From positions 116,932,001 through 116,996,000 of the forward strand of contig NC_043001.1 in the NCBI RefSeq assembly GCF_006345805.1: a stretch of 64,000 nt of DNA. The letters are read 5' to 3'. The position numbers and the translations under genes are program-made. Of the stretch, positions 12,590 to 64,000 are shown one piece after another. The notes beneath the pieces are model-generated. The model had not been told where the DNA came from. It did not search any database and saw only the letters and a list, made by a program, of their open reading frames with translations. Each line of letters begins with the position of its first letter. Position 1 is the stretch's first letter. The stretch is from Octopus sinensis. Its lineage: Eukaryota.

Positions 12590-14570
12590 AAAAGCGTTAT
12601 TCTGAGATTTTGTGACAGGTTTCCTCAAAATACAAGAAGGTACTTTTCAGTAGATTGGCATGTATCTCAATTCCTGTATCCTTCAGCCTCTTGGGATGCA
12701 GTTTGAGTATCGTGCAGAGTTCACTAACTTCCACAGGTACAATTTTCACTCTTGTGTTCCACAAGTCCTTCATCTCAGTGGCTACGTCCTGATACTTCTC
12801 AATTTTCTTAGTTATCTAGATATCCACTCTACAATTATGTGGTATTACAAAGTCGATGATTTTACCCTGTTCTCTCTCTTCTTTACGATCATATCTGGTT
12901 ACCTTGTTTCAATAGTAGGGTCAGTTTCGACGGAGAAATCCCATAAACTTCAGTCATTATCATTCACTCTGATAGACTTTGGTAAATGTTCATAGTTTTC
13001 CGTCACTTCATATCCTTAGACTTGACAAACATCCCAATTCCCTCCTTTACATACGCAAACACGCCTGTATTTATATTCTTTTCGTGATAGCTTACTGCAT
13101 TTGTTTAGAACAGGGCTAACAGTATAATCCGCTTTCCATACATTATGTATTTGCTCTGCCACTAAGTTCTATTATTGTTGTTGTTGTTATTATTTTAAAG
13201 CTATTACATGCTAATTTAATTAGCAGCAACGTTGTCATGACCTTTGGTGACAATAAGTTCCCTTAAATCTCAAGGGGCTTTCTTAAGATTCTTGTAGAAT
13301 ACAGGATTGCATTTTTCTGAAGGTCCATAGTGCGAGCCTCAATTCCCGAATTTTCAGGCTCTTAGGTACCAGAGTGAAAGTTGTACCAATTGCCCCATTT
13401 ACCATATTGACAATTGTTGGCTGGTTATCTCTCTGGTTGGCCATCATTTTGGATGGTCATCTCTCTGACTGGTCATCTCTCTGGCTGGTCATCTCTTTGG
13501 CTGGTCATCTCTCTTGCTGGTCATCTAATATTTCTCATTCTTTACAAATTTCTTTGGTATCGAATCTGTTATCATATAGTTTTGCAAAGTTTATGATCTT
13601 ACACTGTTTCATTTGTCTTCTATAATCATATCTAGTCTTCTAGCTTCATTGATATGGTCAACCTTTATGGACAAGTTTCAAAAATGTTATAATTGGTATT
13701 CTCTATCACAACCTCTGGTTCGTATTCATTCCGTTTTTCTGTTATTTCGAAGTTACATATTCGGTTAACACCCCAATTTAATCTTTTATCTACACAATCA
13801 AGCCTTCGCTTACCCTCTTTATGTGCTAACTTACTTCATTCACTCAAGAGATGGTTAATACTTTCGTATCCTTTTCTTCAGGTTATGTGTTTGCTCACTG
13901 ACTGAGTTTTGTCGATTGCTGCCTTTATCAGATTCATCCTAATTGCTTGTTCTTGGCAAGACTATAATTAGTGCTTCGGTTTTTCGTTTCAGGTTTCTGT
14001 TCGTCAGCCATAACTAGTGTTTTTTGCTTCCAACATCCTTGATATTTTTGTATGAATTGGCCATGCAATTCCATTTCTTTTCATCTGTTATCGCTATTGT
14101 TCTTCCTTCCGCTTTAGAATTCAGCAACTTTTTGGACATTTCCAAACACCGATTTTATTCTTTCTTCCCTGCGTACAACAATTTTTCAGCACCAGTATCG
14201 CAGTAATAACGGTATCTTTTGCGTTTAAGTAATCCTTTACTTACTTCCTTTCTTGGTAGGTACAGCCTGTCGGTATTACTTTTAGGGCAGTGTGCATTGT
14301 GAGTAGCTTCCTAGTTCTTCTATCTGAGCTCGACCATTGTCCATTTTTGAGGTGAGCAGACTATCTTAATTTTGGCAAAGCCTATGCATTTATTGCTTTT
14401 ATGATGACCCCTCCATTTAATTTTGTTTCGAGCGCCTTCCTAATTCCTCTCTTATATTCTGAAGATTTTTTTCTCGGTTCTCATTTCTCCAACCATTATT
14501 CCATTTGTCTCGCAGTGCCCCAAGGTATTTGTATCCCTCATTATTCCTCAGCGATCTAATCATATTGACT
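12590..14570 (-). mobile_element. degraded R4/Dong-like (REL endonuclease) non-LTR retrotransposon
   Basis: minus-strand remnants resembling LWNTRVKIVPV...L plus an upstream RT/CCHC region; heavily decayed. Confidence 0.55.
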
Positions 14571-14654
14571 TATGGTAATTTTATACGAATAATATCAAAT
14601 TATATCTTCTGGCCTCTCTTCATAATTAACACTGCACACTTATTTATCCCATTA

Positions 14655-14869
14655 TTCTTTCGATTCCTTTCAATCATTTGACTGCGGCCATGCTAGAGCA
14701 CCGGCTTGAAGGGTTTTAGTCGAAAAAAATCGGCCCCAGGACTTATTTTAAAGCCTAGTACTTATTCTATCGGATCCTTTTGCCAAAGCGCTAAGTTACG
14801 GGGACGTAAACACATCCACACGGTCGTCAAGCGGTGATGGGGGTGACAAACGCAGACACAAAAACACAC
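14655..14869 (-). mobile_element. SINE family A, 3' half
   Basis: cagtcatttgactgcggccatgct...ctaagttacggggacgtaaacac homology. Confidence 0.8.
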
Positions 14870-14970
14870 TTCTTCTTCTTCTTCTTCTTCTTCTTCGTCT
14901 TCTTCTTCTTCTTCTTCTTCTTCTTCTTCTTCTTCTTTTCTTCTTCTTTTTCTTCTTTTTCTTCTTCTTT

Positions 14971-15001
<31 letters not shown>

Positions 15002-15066
15002 GTTGTTGTTGTTGTTGTTGATATTATTTTATTATTATTCTTATCATCATCATCATCATCATCATC

Positions 15067-15111
<45 letters not shown>

Positions 15112-15113
15112 AC

Positions 15114-15145
<32 letters not shown>

Positions 15146-15182
15146 TATTATTATCATTATATTATTATTATTATTATTATTA

Positions 15183-15221
<39 letters not shown>

Positions 15222-15235
15222 TACTATTATTAATT
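14870..15235. repeat. compound trinucleotide microsatellite (CTT)(GTT)(CAT)(CTT)(ATT)
   Basis: directly visible. Confidence 0.95.
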
Positions 15236-15256
15236 ATATCTTTTTCGTTATTTCAG

Positions 15257-61096
<45,840 letters not shown>

Positions 61097-61507
61097 GAAC
61101 GTGTGAAGACAAAGTCACGTGCGACATACTGTCTCGTCCAATATGTTGTTAACACTCAGCATACAACTCCATCTCTCTCATATTAGCGCTAGCATACACC
61201 CACACTTGAAGTACACACGCACACATATACTCCAGACAGTCTCTTATCTGTACAGACAAACATACATTCATACATTCAACAAAAACCCAGGCCAACACAT
61301 AAACACAGCGCTTATATTTCTATTCTATATAAATCATTGTCTTTATCAAACACGGATTATCACAATTCCCCCATCTCTTCTTACCTGAAATGTTCTCGGG
61401 TTTCATACTGAGGTCAGAAACACTAAATGTTATTGAATTTCAATAATGGCTGAATTTGTTCTTCACTTTCAGCTCGGATTTGGTAAAACATGCCAATGAT
61501 AAGCTGG

Positions 61508-61513
61508 AATAAA
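61508..61513 (+). terminator. candidate polyadenylation signal AATAAA
   Basis: first AATAAA I saw about 410 nt after the stop; no transcript evidence. Confidence 0.25.
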
Positions 61514-62599
61514 TGTGACTCGACTACACTTCTCTCCGTGAATACAGCCATTATTACAAATCTTGAAGGTGATGAATTAGCAGAATCCTTTGAGCGTCGA
61601 ACAAAATGCCATACAGTATTTCGGCTCTTTACGTTCTGAGTTCAAATCTCAACGAGGCCAACTTTACCTTTCATCTCTCCGGGGTCGATAAAAGAAATCA
61701 GCAGTTACATACTGGGATCGTGATATTGACTTATCCTTCTCCTTGGAATTGCTGGCCTTGTGTCTAAATTAGAAACAATTATCATTCTCAGTTTCGTTTT
61801 CCAGACGGGAGTGGCTTCTTTTATTTTACTAACGCCCTTGATGGAAACGAACTTCACAACACTCCGTTTTTCTCCATCGTTTTATACCTAAATAAATACA
61901 TACCGAATATTTCCGGTTTAAGTTGATTTTGCTTCATTTTTGTTGCTAATGACTTTGAGAAAGATGTGATTATTGCCTATTTCTTATCTCCTAAAAGTTT
62001 TGAACAGTTATTGGTAGCTGGACATGTCATCTCCAACATGGAAAGCTTTCGGCCACAGGATAAGTGAACTAGTTAAGCAGAAGTTGTCATGAGCGTCAGC
62101 AATTGGTAGCAGGGTCTGTATGAAGAGAGTCAGTAGAGGAGCATAGATATGGTACAATAAATAATTAGCTGTATAATACAATAGTTGAAAAGGAATACTA
62201 GTCAGAAGGTTGCAAAAGGGCATTGTAACCAAGTGCAAGCAGCGAAAATGTCAATCGACAATTTTTCGATTCAAAACACGACAGTTGCGTTGTGTAAGTT
62301 AATGTACCTGATCGACAACTGTTCAAGTGACTCACAAAGTCGAGATATGACATGGATGCAAAGTGACAATTAGGCTTTTAAGGGATATCGATGAAAAAGC
62401 GCATACTGTTCGATTCTAGACACTTATGGGCGATTTTTCAGTAGCACTTTGTCTAAATACTTTGAAATAAGAGTGAAGACTGCGAACCTTAGTATCTACA
62501 TTGACGACCTGCGACGTGTCTCAGCAGATAACAGTAACTGAGATGAGGCTGGCGATAAGTGGCTGTGAAATGGGCAGATTGTCATGCTTGGATGGACTG

Positions 62600-63400
62600 T
62601 CCTATTAACTTTATAGATATCTTTCAGACTTGTCTGATGCTCTTATGGAAGACGTCTATCACAACTGGCAGCAAGCAAACTGGGAACATTCGTACCTGGG
62701 CCAGATGTTACTGCACAAGTGTGTAAACAAGGGAATATCATCGATAGTTTCAGATCCGTAACTCTGATGAACGCAGAGTGTAAAATTTTAGCCGAGATAC
62801 TTGAAAAGTGGTTGGCGTTAGTCGTTGGTTTTATAGTCGGGAGCGTGCAAAAATGTAGGATTCCCTGCATAGCTATTTATAACAAACTCTATTTCACGCA
62901 GTATACTGAGAGAATGAGTTGTATAAACCTGAACGTTTGGTGGCGTTCCTATCCACTTGGATTGATCCATACTTTCGATAGAGACGACTATCAGTACTTC
63001 GTATCACTAAAATTTTCGGTCTCGTTTTGAGAGGATATGGTGCTCCAATCTAAAGTGGCATATACTCGATGGTCACACTAAATGATCAGTTACCAGAACT
63101 GTTTGGAGAGTTTTAATTGACATGCTCAGTCCATCAATGATGTTTTCTCTCATCACTCTTGTAAGTTTTGCCTCTTGAGCCATTGGTGTTGAAAATTCAG
63201 ATACTGATGAACATTCATTTTAACCGGGACGAAGGAAGACCGTATCAGCTTAAAAGATAATCTCACCGTGTTGGTGTTGAACGCCTTTGAAAAAAGAATG
63301 GTCGGCGCTACACTGAAAGAGCTCAAAAAGATGAGTTCCATTGATCAGAAGATCCGTCAGCTGCGAAAACTCTCAACACTGAAACAAAATTTGAGTTGAA
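62600..63400 (+). mobile_element. degraded L1/Tx1-clade RT fragment
   Basis: FRSVTLMNAECKILAEILEKWL resembles the RPIsLLNxDYKILAK motif. Confidence 0.6.
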
Positions 63401-63773
63401 ATAATATGCACCATGAATTCACTTTAATCAACCTTTTCTTTGGGGTTATTTTGCAAGTTGTTTACAAAGAACATAAACTCCGCATATATTACACACATTC
63501 AGCTTTTTCCGAATGACCTATACATATGATTTGTTTATAGTGATAAAATCTTCGTGCCGCACATTAGCTCATTCCTTCCGTCAAATCGACGTAACCTGAA
63601 CAGATGAACTGTGTGCCAAGAACACAACTCACCACCTGGTCTACGAATTGAAACCACGATTTCGCGATAGTGAATCTGACACCCTAGCCACTAGACCATG
63701 CGTTCTCACACACACTTACACACACATATATATGTATATATAATACATACAGCATGCGTACATATATATGTAT

Positions 63774-63844
<71 letters not shown>

Positions 63845-64000
63845 TACACACACACACACATACATATATAGCGTACTATTTTATGATGATAAGTTCAACG
63901 AAAAAAGTACTCCATCTAGTGAGAGGGAAATATTATTTAATAAACACAGAATATTTTTTTAGAAGCAACTAATAGTTTCATGCAATGAAAACAACTGCTC

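Overview
Eukaryotic, AT-rich, microsatellite-laden DNA. The SINE, LINE and MITE content resembles a coleoid cephalopod, most likely Octopus (inference from repeat families, not a database match). One spliced protein-coding gene lies on the + strand: a sodium:solute symporter of the SLC5A5/6/8/12 (SMCT/NIS/SMVT) clade. I could trace 14 GT-AG exons from 15257 to a TGA stop at 61096 (1470 nt, 489 aa, continuous frame). The 5' exon (about 115 aa) was not found and probably lies upstream of the window. The rest is intronic or upstream TE debris: several tRNA-derived SINE families, R4/Dong, RTE, Tx1 and Penelope-like retroelement fragments, a mariner, a hAT remnant, Tc1/pogo MITEs, three Merlin-like MITEs with TTAGGG-like arrays, non-autonomous Helitrons and a 1070-bp solo LTR. 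Best leads: (1) a tandem about 365-nt unit carrying a minimal type I hammerhead ribozyme with a compensatory U3-A8 core (retrozyme or Penelope pLTR-like), with fold-back junctions that fall at ribozyme motifs; (2) Ala-Ala at the TM8 positions of the second (Na3) sodium site, predicting 1:1 Na+ coupling; (3) several long intronic inverted-repeat structures that could be ADAR or back-splicing substrates. Almost all long ORFs in the supplied track are microsatellite artefacts.
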